A stretch of DNA of 62,777 bases, from positions 1-62,777 of IMG/VR virus record IMGVR_UViG_3300022413_000011. One strand, given 5' to 3'. The notes below the pieces were generated by a model that worked only from the letters and a program-made list of their open reading frames with translations, was not told the DNA's origin and did not search any database. Numbering within the stretch: the stretch's first letter is position 1; every line of letters starts with the position of its first letter. The stretch comes from a virus (Duplodnaviria > Caudoviricetes). Positions 38,780 through 48,496 of this stretch are shown in pieces. The translations under genes and the position numbers were made by a program.

Positions 38780-39990
38780 TAGATAGATCCCCCGTTCATG
38801 GTGTGACTAGAGACTATGGAGAGTAACCTTGCTGCCTCAAGCTCACCCTGCTTGCTGCCAAAGCCAGCTATGGCATTGTATGACTCGAGAAGAACCGTGT
38901 TGTAAAACGCGCTCCCCCTACTGCCCTCCACTCTTGCCGTGTCCGTCGTCAGGTATTTGTAGAACTTGTTCACAGACTCACAGCCACACGGGAAATCTGG
39001 CAGTCTGGCAGTGGCCAGGTAGGTGACAGCTTTTGCCAGATACGGGTGAATGGGGTCTATCGACAGCCCGTCCTTGTAGTCGTCCGTTCTAGCCCCTGCC
39101 ATGTACCAGACAACCGTACTGTCTGGGTCACTGTATGGCACCGTCCCGGCTGTCCATATCTGCGTACCAGCATCATAGGAGGCAGCAGACGCTACAGCGT
39201 ATCCGTGTTGGGGGGAGTGAACGTATGCTCTACCCAATTCGACCCTGGGCTCTGGAAGGACAGCACAACTGGTTGGGTCCATTCCCCACGTCATCTGGCA
39301 GCTAGTTTCCGTGGAGTCCAACTCCTCCAGGTACACATCGACAGTGACGCTGAAGTTTGAGTCATCAGTCAGTTCTATGGCAGCACTGATGCCATATTCG
39401 TATATATCCGGTTTTACCAGCAGCCACTTTTTCATCTTGATAGTGGCTGTTGTGCCCGGACCATCCACCGTCACGCTGGACAGTGGCCTTACTTCTATGT
39501 CTGTTCCTGGGTGATACACACGCACCTTCTGGGGGTCAAACGTGAATCCGGTGACCACCACGGTGCCTTCCTCGCTGAAGGAGTCTCCGTCTGCGTCGCC
39601 AAATGAGACGGACGCACCAGCTTCAACGAGGGTTTTCTTCCTTTTGCCAGCCCCTATCACCTCTCTGTTTCTAAGAGAGAGTGGGAACTGGTTAATGATG
39701 GGACTATGGCGATAAATGTTGCTTGCGTGTTCTTCCCTCAGATACATGGGTCCTATGGGGTGTCCGAGATACTCCTGGACCTCTTTCTCGGCCCTTTGTA
39801 TCTCCAGAGAGAGTTCATGTCTCCCTACCATGTAGTCACCTTGCCAACCGTACTCTGACCACACCTCGTTGCACACCACACTTGGTGTGTCGTAGTGAAG
39901 CGTGTTCGCATTGCAGCCCCAAAAATGGGCAGGGGACATCCCCATGTGTCTGGCGTATGTCTCTAGTGGCAAAATCGTCTTGACAATCAT
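38779..39990 (-). CDS. Head-tail connector/adaptor-like protein
   Basis: Position after capsid; IQRAEKEVQEYLGHP helix; YMAG...LAKAVTYLA. Confidence 0.5.
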   Translation of the reverse strand: MIVKTILPLETYARHMGMSPAHFWGCNANTLHYDTPSVVCNEVWSEYGWQGDYMVGRHELSLEIQRAEKEVQEYLGHPIGPMYLREEHASNIYRHSPIINQFPLSLRNREVIGAGKRKKTLVEAGASVSFGDADGDSFSEEGTVVVTGFTFDPQKVRVYHPGTDIEVRPLSSVTVDGPGTTATIKMKKWLLVKPDIYEYGISAAIELTDDSNFSVTVDVYLEELDSTETSCQMTWGMDPTSCAVLPEPRVELGRAYVHSPQHGYAVASAASYDAGTQIWTAGTVPYSDPDSTVVWYMAGARTDDYKDGLSIDPIHPYLAKAVTYLATARLPDFPCGCESVNKFYKYLTTDTARVEGSRGSAFYNTVLLESYNAIAGFGSKQGELEAARLLSIVSSHTMNGGSI

Positions 39991-40334
39991 TATTTTCCTG
40001 CGTCGGAAAGCATTCCAAACATGACGTAGGCAAACCCAGAGGCAGCAAACACAGCCACCGCGATGTTTACCCAGGGGACATACAGAAGGGCGAAACTAAT
40101 TCCCGATGTCCACACCATGTTGCACAGAATGCAGTGGTATGCCTTTGCAATCTCACGCCTCAACCCAGTAAGTTCCGGGTCCACCACTATTTCAGAATAC
40201 TCGTCATATCTCAGGCCAACAATGTACCTGAGAGTCTCGAACACATCGTACGGGCCATCTGTCAGCGTCAGTATCATCGACAGGCTAAACCCCGATGCTC
40301 CAGCAACGGCAGCATTAACCAGCAAGGAGACCAT
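39990..40334 (-). CDS. DUF1360-like membrane protein
   Basis: DGPYDVFETLR and CILCNMVW motifs with TM helices. Confidence 0.7.
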   Translation of the reverse strand: MVSLLVNAAVAGASGFSLSMILTLTDGPYDVFETLRYIVGLRYDEYSEIVVDPELTGLRREIAKAYHCILCNMVWTSGISFALLYVPWVNIAVAVFAASGFAYVMFGMLSDAGK

Positions 40335-40848
40335 TGGCCATTTCCTTAACCTTCCCGGCCATGACTTTACCGAATCCCTTAATCTTTACCAGGTCATCCA
40401 CGCTGGCAAGAGCAACCTGTCTGACCTCCGTGTATCCATTATCGCGGAGGACATTTACATGGCGCTCCTGAAGATTTAGGTCATCCAGGGTGGGGTCCTC
40501 CACGCGCGGTTGCACCTCTGGAGTCTCCAGAGAGGACCGTATGTCCTCTAGGGACTCTACGGGCTTTTCGGGAGCCTTCTTTTCTACTGGAGGAGCGCCC
40601 TGGTCTTCCATGACAATAAACATATGGCTTTTAGCGTGCTGTTCTTGTACGAAGAACACCTCGCCATTCTTTCTGTGCCCGTAAGACACCGGGCCAGTGG
40701 GACTGGACAGGATAACTGAGTGTCTGCCAGCGTTCCCGTCGTTCAATTTTACTTTTACAAGATTTTCCATAATAAGTGACCTCCTGGAGACAGGGGTGCC
40801 TGCTCTAGGTGCAGGCACCCCCGATCCACCACAGCTTCTACAACCCAT
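40315..40848 (-). CDS. Helix-hairpin-helix protein with N-terminal GCxxCGG
   Basis: LRDNGY...ASVDDLVKIKGFGKVMA. Confidence 0.75.
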   Translation of the reverse strand: MGCRSCGGSGVPAPRAGTPVSRRSLIMENLVKVKLNDGNAGRHSVILSSPTGPVSYGHRKNGEVFFVQEQHAKSHMFIVMEDQGAPPVEKKAPEKPVESLEDIRSSLETPEVQPRVEDPTLDDLNLQERHVNVLRDNGYTEVRQVALASVDDLVKIKGFGKVMAGKVKEMANGLLAG

Positions 40849-40850
40849 GA

Positions 40851-42293
40851 CTAGCGTGAACTCACGCCGTCGTTGCCACGGAACCCAGCGTCACCAGGGA
40901 ACGGTGTCACTGTGTGTAGTGTGGTGCTGTACTTAATATCGTCAATACGCGCGGCCAACCACGGAGTACGCAAGATAGCGCGCGGTGTTACTGAAGCCTT
41001 CAGCTTGAAGCAGAAGTTCAGGTTCTCAATCGCCCACATAAACTTGCCTTGGTCAGTCCAGAAGTTGACCTTATCTCGACCAGGCATACCGGCCAACTGC
41101 TCGTTAATGCCAGTGAAGTTCATGTACTGCCAGTATAGGCTCGGGAAGTTCCCCCGAACGGTCATGGGCAGGAATGCGATGCTGGACGAATAGTCGTCTG
41201 CGTTGGGCAGGTTCACAGGGTCGTCCGAATTGGTCAACTCGGTCATCCCGTCATCCAAGACCACGCTGTAGCGACGGCCATTCAGAGGCAGGTACATGCC
41301 CTCGCGCATGGCGTCTCGCATGTCGGTCTGGCTGCTGTCATTCAGGACAACGGGCGTTTGACCGTCGTTGTCGTTCGTGGCGCGGCAGTTATCGGTCAGA
41401 TAGCGACATGGCCACACGGCAGTCAGGTGGTGCCACAGGTCGGCACGCATGGCGATTCTCCACGTGACGGGAGCCATGCCAGTTCGGTTGGCCATCGTGT
41501 ACAGGTAGTGCTCAGTACGAGCAAGAGTCGCCACAATGTCTGTCGTGGTGCTGTCTACAGGCTCAAAGGCAAAGTCCACAATGGTGGAGTCGATGCTTGG
41601 TACTGCACCTGCTGTTTCGGCGTCTACATAGCCAGTTTTAATCAGGCGATCCAGACCGTCGAACTCTTTGTAGCCACCATTGGCCGTGTTGTTGGCAGGA
41701 TTGCCATTCCACAGCATTTTGGCCAGCTTGCGTTCCATGCGAACACCCACAGAGGCCATCTCGTGCTGCACAACCATGTTCAGCACACCATTGACGTTCG
41801 TGGTCGGACTCATGGGGGTTTGTCCGTAAATGGACGAAATCAGATTCAGGTCACTGTTTCCACCACGGATCTGCTCCACCAAACCCTGAATTTCTACGGT
41901 TTTTGTGTCGCGAGTCACATGGCCAAAGGTGGCCGTGAGTACAGCAGAGGTGCTCACGCCAGTCGGCGCGTCACCACATGGGTCCACTGGCTCAGAGCCC
42001 ACATCGTCCCCAAAACCCGTCCATACGCCGTAGCGCGGGTCGGTTGTGTTATTTGGGATGGCTGGCATTACAGCGCCAATTCCCTGGGGGGTCGTGTGAA
42101 TCCCGAGAACATCGGTTTCCATATTGTGAACGGCAAACATGCCAGTTGGCTGCGCCAGAAGCGTAGCGTCAGTCACCGTGGCAGGTGCCTTGTTTAGCAT
42201 ACCGGACTTGGTGAACGCGTCCAGGATTGCAGCCTTCTGGACATCGCCTTCAGCGTTTTCGGCCAGGGCCGCGAGAATTGCAAGATTATTCAT
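40851..42293 (-). CDS. Major capsid protein
   Basis: Follows protease/scaffold; MLWNGN...EFDGLDRLI HK97-fold-type motif; AGGAGGT RBS. Confidence 0.8.
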   Translation of the reverse strand: MNNLAILAALAENAEGDVQKAAILDAFTKSGMLNKAPATVTDATLLAQPTGMFAVHNMETDVLGIHTTPQGIGAVMPAIPNNTTDPRYGVWTGFGDDVGSEPVDPCGDAPTGVSTSAVLTATFGHVTRDTKTVEIQGLVEQIRGGNSDLNLISSIYGQTPMSPTTNVNGVLNMVVQHEMASVGVRMERKLAKMLWNGNPANNTANGGYKEFDGLDRLIKTGYVDAETAGAVPSIDSTIVDFAFEPVDSTTTDIVATLARTEHYLYTMANRTGMAPVTWRIAMRADLWHHLTAVWPCRYLTDNCRATNDNDGQTPVVLNDSSQTDMRDAMREGMYLPLNGRRYSVVLDDGMTELTNSDDPVNLPNADDYSSSIAFLPMTVRGNFPSLYWQYMNFTGINEQLAGMPGRDKVNFWTDQGKFMWAIENLNFCFKLKASVTPRAILRTPWLAARIDDIKYSTTLHTVTPFPGDAGFRGNDGVSSR

Positions 42294-44026
42294 TAGATAC
42301 CTCCTGACGCGGCCACCAGGCCATCCAGGAAGGAGCCAAGGCCAGTGCTGCTGGCTGACTCTTTTTCCTCGGTCTCTTTGGGACCTTTCAGCGATTTACT
42401 TTCACCCACCGTGGTGGGCTGGTTCACAACGTGACCAGCCAGAATGTCTGCTAGGCTAGCGCGCGGTGTTTCAACCAAAGCCTTTTCTGCCTCCTGGCTT
42501 TTTAGTTCTTTCTCCAGGAGTTCAATTCTGTCTGCGTACGCCTTCAAGATGGGCGCGAGTGTCTCACCCACCTCTTTGATTACATCCTCTCGGACCCCCT
42601 CTTCCTTCTTGTTCTCTGGGGTCTCGTCCTTGGACTCGGCATCGGTGGTGGAGGCTCCCTCTTGGGTTTCCTCATCTTCCGATTTCCGGTCCAGTTCTTC
42701 GCCTTCTGCTGCCTTATCCGCGATAGTCGATTCAATCGCGGCAGGATCAAAGCCCAATTCGGCAAGGAAGGACTTTTGGCCATCACTTAGAGCCATATCG
42801 TTCTCCTCAATTATGAATCCCGTCAAAAGGTTCGCTGCCTTGCTAACTGGCAGCACGCTCACCTCTGACGTGATTGCAAAGTCAATCACGCTTTCATCCG
42901 TCGAGTCGCGACGGATATATCGTCTCGGCATCCCGTGGCTCATGCCCAGGTCTACCATTTCTGCCAACTTGTTGGCTTTTGCTTCTTGCCCTTCGTCTAT
43001 GAGCCCAGAACACATCTGGAACCCATCTGCGTACGATACCCAGTCGCACGCCCCGATTCTTGAGCCAGAAACGTGCCATGCCCATAGTTCCGGATATGGC
43101 GTCACGCCTTCCTTGCACAAAAATTCAAAAGCTCTATGAGCCTTTTCACTAATTATGTCCCCGTCTCTGTCACGGTAGTTGTTGGAGTAAATCCCTAGGA
43201 ATCGTACTCGGCCATCCTTCTGTTTGTTCAGGATGAAACTAGCATGTGACTTCAGGGTGTCTGGTGGGCTTTTGCCCAGCTTCCTGTAGAGCCCTCTGAG
43301 CCTCGCTTTTGCCTTCGGTATGTCACCGGAGGGTATGGGGGTTTTGTTGCCTCTCAGACCTGCCTCAGACAGCGCAGAGACCACGCGGCCCAACTGGGCA
43401 ACGGTCACATTCCCACTCTTGCCCTCTGCAATGCGCAATTTCCAGTCAGAAGGGTCATTGGATGGAGTGTACAGATAATCGCTCTTTTTAAATGTGACAC
43501 CCGAATCCGTTTTGGAAGCCTTGCTGTCCGACCCGGGATTCCCCTCTGAGATACGCATGACGTATTCATCCGACAGAGACCGAATGGCATTGGCCTTGTC
43601 ATCAGAATCTCCACTCATGACACTACCAATCATTGTTACAAATGCCTGTGTGTCGTCCTGGATAATCTGCGACTTTTCGCGCGCCTCAAGCCACATGTCG
43701 TAATCCTCAAATGAGGAAATGCCCCAGGGGGGTGATGGTCTCCAATGCTTCTGCGTTTCTTGGCTCATTTTCATCCACGGAATCGCATCCTTGGTGGGCA
43801 CCTCACTGGTGGCACCAATTGGTGCCCAATACCCGTCGTCCCCCTCTTCGTACTCCCGAACATGGTATCGGCCATCAGAACCGGACTTTGTGATGACGCC
43901 ACGAACGACAGGGGTTACCCCCTTTGCCGTGCGCACATACGAGCCATCACGCAACTCCTCTTTTGATGCCACATGGTTGGTCTGCCCAACCTCACTCATT
44001 TCTTTTACTTTATCTATGTTGACCAT
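42293..44026 (-). CDS. Prohead protease/scaffold with long N-terminal extension
   Basis: RDRDGDII, LWAWH, GMSHG, EVSVLP...AAN; acidic scaffold-like C-terminus. Confidence 0.75.
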   Translation of the reverse strand: MVNIDKVKEMSEVGQTNHVASKEELRDGSYVRTAKGVTPVVRGVITKSGSDGRYHVREYEEGDDGYWAPIGATSEVPTKDAIPWMKMSQETQKHWRPSPPWGISSFEDYDMWLEAREKSQIIQDDTQAFVTMIGSVMSGDSDDKANAIRSLSDEYVMRISEGNPGSDSKASKTDSGVTFKKSDYLYTPSNDPSDWKLRIAEGKSGNVTVAQLGRVVSALSEAGLRGNKTPIPSGDIPKAKARLRGLYRKLGKSPPDTLKSHASFILNKQKDGRVRFLGIYSNNYRDRDGDIISEKAHRAFEFLCKEGVTPYPELWAWHVSGSRIGACDWVSYADGFQMCSGLIDEGQEAKANKLAEMVDLGMSHGMPRRYIRRDSTDESVIDFAITSEVSVLPVSKAANLLTGFIIEENDMALSDGQKSFLAELGFDPAAIESTIADKAAEGEELDRKSEDEETQEGASTTDAESKDETPENKKEEGVREDVIKEVGETLAPILKAYADRIELLEKELKSQEAEKALVETPRASLADILAGHVVNQPTTVGESKSLKGPKETEEKESASSTGLGSFLDGLVAASGGI

Positions 44027-45685
44027 TTATACATTTCCCTGTGGCTGTGCCGAGGCTTCAGCCTGATCATTCGTTCCCTCCAGGGGGTTTTCCTCCTGAA
44101 GAGACTCCTCCAATGCAGCCACCTCTACAAGCGACTCGGACTCCACCCTGAGTTTCTCAAGCGCAGCAATAGAGAGTCGTATGCGCCATCGTCTCTTCTC
44201 GCCCTGTATCGCATTCAAAGCCGTGTACGCTCTCTCCAGAGCATCTGTTGTCTCTTCAAGAACGACATCGGCGTTTTCGGATGTCATCCTTACCGGACGT
44301 GTGACTTCTTTGAGCAACAGTTCAATCATGGGGTCACTGGAGTAAAACAACGAATAGACATCGTCCCCGTCCGGGGTTCGCCCATCGGAAAGCTCGAGTG
44401 TTTCAAATTCGAATTTTGTAATCTCACCCTTACGCATCATCATCATGCGCTGGGTTCGTGTGTCAGTTAGACCACTGGCCACATCCCTGCTGCGCGCGGT
44501 GGCGCGCATAGCATGGATTCGTGCCGTGGCCTCATCCTGCGAATCGTCCAGTGAGTCAAAGGTGGCAGACAACCCTTCAGGGCAGTATTTCTCAGTGAGT
44601 TGCTCTGCCAGGTCGTCTGTAAACTCTTTCAATCCTTTTGTTTTCAGCTTGCGATCCATCGTCTCCGCGTCGCCCTTGGTGGCTCCCTGTAAGCCAAAGG
44701 CGATGTTCAGGTCTCGCAAGTCAAGGCCAAACGCTGAAGCAACCACGGACATATCTATCAGATATGTTTCCGTGCGATTGAACCCGTCCGGTGTTCCTGC
44801 CAGGTCTATTTTGTTCAGCTTCAGACTGGACGCGGCCATCTTGGGTGCCAGCAAGAGGGTCTTTGAGAAATAATCGTTACCAGATGCAGAAAGCTTCACA
44901 TGGTGGGCACCCACAGCCGACTCGATTTGGTCCACTGTCGCCCCGGTTTCCACGTAGAGTATCTGGCGCGCTGGCTTACTCCCTAGCTTCTCCTCTAGGT
45001 AGCTAGAAATCGCCTTCTGCTCTCTGGCAGACTCCAGACACGAAGAGACCGGACAAAAGCCCACACCGTTAAGTTCAGGGTCGGGGTTTGGCAGCTTCGT
45101 CATATGGACAAGGCGCGTATGGTGTATGGGGTACTGCTGCATATCGGTGTGGGTGTATACAATGGGGTATTCAGGGGAACTAGTCCTCATGCAGAGGGCA
45201 CTTTGCATGTGTGCTAGGCCATATGGTCTCCCAACAATAGGCCCGTCCTTGTTCCCCTGGCCCAGGACAAGCATAAATGCACCGTTATCCTGGGTTAAAT
45301 AGTCCTGCACAAATTTCTGTAGCTCATTCCTCAGTCCACCCATCATGCCAGAGTTTCTCATGAGGGAGACTCGCATCTCCTCGGCCATCTTGACCATTCT
45401 GGAGACACTTCTGTCATCTGCTTCAATGGTGAGAGGGACAGACAACAGCTTGCTCGTAAATGTGACGATGGATATTTTGAGTACATCGGCGTCAAACGCC
45501 AGTTTTCTTAGCGCGGAGTCACGGTGCGCACTCCAGTACGGGGGAATACCAGATACGCTGCCCGGGAGCAGAAAGGCGACGCGATGACTCATCCCACTGC
45601 TGTCGGCATCCGTCTCCGTTTCCCAGGGCGCGCCTGACATAACCTCTTGTAATTTATCAGGCATAATCCATTCCCATTCCGTCAC
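44027..45685 (-). CDS. Portal protein
   Basis: Between terminase and protease; DYLTQDNGAF, GFCPV, VASAFGL. Confidence 0.8.
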   Translation of the reverse strand: MTEWEWIMPDKLQEVMSGAPWETETDADSSGMSHRVAFLLPGSVSGIPPYWSAHRDSALRKLAFDADVLKISIVTFTSKLLSVPLTIEADDRSVSRMVKMAEEMRVSLMRNSGMMGGLRNELQKFVQDYLTQDNGAFMLVLGQGNKDGPIVGRPYGLAHMQSALCMRTSSPEYPIVYTHTDMQQYPIHHTRLVHMTKLPNPDPELNGVGFCPVSSCLESAREQKAISSYLEEKLGSKPARQILYVETGATVDQIESAVGAHHVKLSASGNDYFSKTLLLAPKMAASSLKLNKIDLAGTPDGFNRTETYLIDMSVVASAFGLDLRDLNIAFGLQGATKGDAETMDRKLKTKGLKEFTDDLAEQLTEKYCPEGLSATFDSLDDSQDEATARIHAMRATARSRDVASGLTDTRTQRMMMMRKGEITKFEFETLELSDGRTPDGDDVYSLFYSSDPMIELLLKEVTRPVRMTSENADVVLEETTDALERAYTALNAIQGEKRRWRIRLSIAALEKLRVESESLVEVAALEESLQEENPLEGTNDQAEASAQPQGNV

Positions 45686-46985
45686 AATCGTTCAAAAATG
45701 TGACAGAGTATCTTAGAGTATCACACGAGTGATCGTGTATCTTTTTTGGTTTCTCTTGCACACCGTCTTTATTCTCTGCCCACACGTATCCGGGGATTTC
45801 CTCTATGATTCCACTGGGCAACCCCTTTTCCTCGCAGACCTCATCTGGTTCTTCGAGACATCCAGAATAAATCGTCAGAGAGGGTCTCCCGTCGTCATCG
45901 AGTTCGAGTTTCTCAGACACCCTTTCGATGCCATATAACACGTCGTTGTTTGCTGGCACAGCAGGTAGTCCTGCTTCAACAAATTGCTGTAGAAACTCTG
46001 GCCTGGCAGGGTCACAGACAAAGATGTCTGGGTGATATATGGCCGACAACTCCCTAGCCTTTTCAATCCACCACTCTATGGTTCTCTGAGTCTTGGACAC
46101 CTCGTGCAAGACGCGCACATCGCGTTTTACATCCATAGAGGAGACCATCATCGTCCCCCTGCTGGTGTATCCCCAGTCAACACCCACTGCCGTGATTGTT
46201 GTGACTTCTGGGTTGGGCAGGATATGGGTGTTGTCCCAGAGTGTGGCTGGCGTTTTTGTGCCACGAACCGTAGCGTCCAGCATTTTTTGTCTGGACACCG
46301 AGTGAATACTGTCATTCCAGTCCCAGATGACGCCTTCGGACTGAGCCCATTTCCCCTCTAGCAGACGAAGTCTCGTAACCCCTGTTAGCTTTCTTAGAGA
46401 CTCTATATAGTCGTCTGGGTTATATGGGTTGTCCAGGGGACCTGCCTCGTACACAGAGGCTTCTCCCCCTAGTATCAGCCTCCTGCGAATCCAGTGCATT
46501 GGGCCATCTGGATTTGTAGACAGAATAATCTGCCTCCAGGGTGCTGCTTGCCCTCTCATGCGCCCCAGAATCTCGTTGTAATCGCTCTCGAGGAATCTGG
46601 TTGCCTCTTCCATCCAGGCTATATCAATAGACCCTGCTTGCCCGATGGAGCGAATCGCTTCTTTCTGCTCCTCATCGGCCATGCCTCCATAAGCCAGGAT
46701 GCTACCGTTTGCATACTCAAATCTAAGCTTGGACGAGAAATGACGTATGAATGGGTCGCCCTGCACCACCGTTCTCTCGAACATCAGAACGGTGGAGTTT
46801 GTCATACTTTGTCGCTTTTTGCGCAGCATGACCCCCATTGCGTCGGGATACTTCCTGAGATACGCATCCATCTTTTGGGCTGCGCACATACTGCGCCCTG
46901 CTCCAGCAGGACCAGACAAGAGAACAGTAGATGACTTGTCCCGAAGTGGGGGAATTTGCCACGCCAATGGCGTAAAAGAATTCAC
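45657..46985 (-). CDS. terL: Terminase large subunit (PBSX-like)
   Basis: SGPAGAGRS, AWMEEA, LSTNP, RLLEGKW, GVDWG, DHSCDTLRY. Confidence 0.93.
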   Translation of the reverse strand: MNSFTPLAWQIPPLRDKSSTVLLSGPAGAGRSMCAAQKMDAYLRKYPDAMGVMLRKKRQSMTNSTVLMFERTVVQGDPFIRHFSSKLRFEYANGSILAYGGMADEEQKEAIRSIGQAGSIDIAWMEEATRFLESDYNEILGRMRGQAAPWRQIILSTNPDGPMHWIRRRLILGGEASVYEAGPLDNPYNPDDYIESLRKLTGVTRLRLLEGKWAQSEGVIWDWNDSIHSVSRQKMLDATVRGTKTPATLWDNTHILPNPEVTTITAVGVDWGYTSRGTMMVSSMDVKRDVRVLHEVSKTQRTIEWWIEKARELSAIYHPDIFVCDPARPEFLQQFVEAGLPAVPANNDVLYGIERVSEKLELDDDGRPSLTIYSGCLEEPDEVCEEKGLPSGIIEEIPGYVWAENKDGVQEKPKKIHDHSCDTLRYSVTFLNDCDGMGMDYA

Positions 46986-47456
46986 CTATTTGAATACGCC
47001 AATCGCCGTAATTGTAATCGGACTGGTAATAGTTAGATCGGCATTAACACAGGTGTATCGTCCAAAAACAGCGTGCTGCACCAGCGCATCCTCATCAGCC
47101 ACAACCGCGGACGCGGGCACAGGACCGTTGTCAAAGGTAATAAGGTCATTGGTGTGCTGGATTGTCAACGTGGTCGTGTTGACCGTCCCCACATCAATCA
47201 CATGCTGGAAGTCAACGATTTCATAGGCAGACGCCTCAAAACAGGTGCGCTTGTCGGCAGTCAGCACCTCTGCGTCAAAAAACTCATAAACGCGCGCTGT
47301 CCCACTTTGCAGATTAACCGATGCGACCGGGGTTACGATTGCCTGTGGCGCGGCGTTTGCCCGATTGGTTCCGTCAGACGGAATCGCAAGGATAAATGCC
47401 ACGGCAAGCACAGCTAACACCAAAATGGCCGACGCGACTTTGTTTCTGTGATTCAT
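46986..47456 (-). CDS. Secreted or membrane-anchored beta-rich protein
   Basis: Basic N-terminus, hydrophobic helix, ANA-A site; lies between terS and terL. Confidence 0.7.
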   Translation of the reverse strand: MNHRNKVASAILVLAVLAVAFILAIPSDGTNRANAAPQAIVTPVASVNLQSGTARVYEFFDAEVLTADKRTCFEASAYEIVDFQHVIDVGTVNTTTLTIQHTNDLITFDNGPVPASAVVADEDALVQHAVFGRYTCVNADLTITSPITITAIGVFK

Positions 47457-47459
47457 AAT

Positions 47460-47843
47460 TTATTCCTCTATTAGAAATTCCTCTTCTTGTACTTCGATCT
47501 CAACATCATCCCAGTCATCTGGCGTAAACCCGATGAATGCCTTGATTTCTCCGTTGTTGATGATTTGGCCGTCCTTGTATTTATCAGGTTTGTGTGCCTT
47601 CAGCATCTTTTCTAGGAGCATATCGCTGTCCGATAATGCCCGTCTCCCTGCTTCACCCTCCAGTCGGTCGGCAAAGTCGGATTGGGCATCATCGAATTCT
47701 TCCTTAAACTGGGGGTTGTCTCGAATAGCCTTTCTGACGACACTGGAACTCACCCCAGCCTCCAGGGATGCCTCGTAAATGTTTCCTTTTACTATGTATG
47801 ACTCCAGAAACGCTGGCATCCAGATACCGTCAGAGATACTCAT
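47460..47843 (-). CDS. terS: Terminase small subunit
   Basis: WMPAFL...GNIYEAS...FKEEFDDA...LEGEAGRRA...SDMLLEKMLKAHKPDKY. Confidence 0.75.
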   Translation of the reverse strand: MSISDGIWMPAFLESYIVKGNIYEASLEAGVSSSVVRKAIRDNPQFKEEFDDAQSDFADRLEGEAGRRALSDSDMLLEKMLKAHKPDKYKDGQIINNGEIKAFIGFTPDDWDDVEIEVQEEEFLIEE

Positions 47844-47910
47844 GGGCCTACTAATACAACATGCGCATCCTAATGTCAACTGACGGAATACATCAGTATC
47901 CTTACAGGAA

Positions 47911-47992
47911 ACATTTTTTCCGGAAAAATCTGGAAAAATCTGGAAAAATGTGGATTTTTCCGGAAAAATCTGGAAAAATCCACATTTTTCCG
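47911..47992. repeat. 10-bp-phased GGAAAAAT array with nested palindromes
   Basis: 20-bp inverted repeat 47942-47961/47972-47991; 18-bp palindrome 47953-47970. Confidence 0.92.
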
Positions 47993-48000
47993 GCGAATCC

Positions 48001-48029
48001 TTGCTTTTGGTGCCTCGTCGTGCTATAAT
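48001..48029 (+). promoter_or_regulatory. Sigma70-type promoter (extended -10)
   Basis: TTGCTT-17 bp-TATAAT with TG. Confidence 0.75.
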
Positions 48030-48070
48030 GCTGCATAGTGCTGCACGAAACGATAAAAATAGGAGGGGTT

Positions 48071-48445
48071 ATGAGTATGAGACCGTCAGTAAACCTAAAC
48101 ACACCAGAATTGGTGGAAATGTTTGAGGTTGTAGCAGAGAGGGTTAGAAGATTTCATCCAAAGGCCAGTGACTCAGATGTGTTTATCCTGATATTGGTGG
48201 ACAAGTACAACTACTACACAGATCCACATCCAAAAAAGGAAAGCGAGTCAAGTCTGGCCAGAATAGAGAATATGCTGAAGGTTCTGCTAGACGAAAAGGG
48301 CGTGGAGTACATCCCCCCATACAAAGACATGGATTTTTCCGACTGTGACAATCCATATATCGAAGAGATGAGTTTGTCCGATGCCCTTGATGTTTTCCAT
48401 ACCGTAAGGGATGCGATAGGCAATAATAGCACATCCCAAATTTGA
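48071..48445 (+). CDS. Hypothetical protein, possible DNA-binding regulator
   Basis: AGGAGG RBS; beta-helix-helix-like N-terminus. Confidence 0.65.
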   Translation: MSMRPSVNLNTPELVEMFEVVAERVRRFHPKASDSDVFILILVDKYNYYTDPHPKKESESSLARIENMLKVLLDEKGVEYIPPYKDMDFSDCDNPYIEEMSLSDALDVFHTVRDAIGNNSTSQI

Positions 48446-48470
48446 CATTCGCCCAAATGTACGGTATGAT
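48442..48470 (+). promoter_or_regulatory. Sigma70-type promoter
   Basis: TTGACA-17 bp-TATGAT. Confidence 0.8.
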
Positions 48471-48496
48471 AATCACATGGACAGAAAGGAGGCAGT

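Noticed and set aside
47911-47992. CRISPR array
   Set aside because: 10-bp contiguous units with no unique spacers; no cas genes
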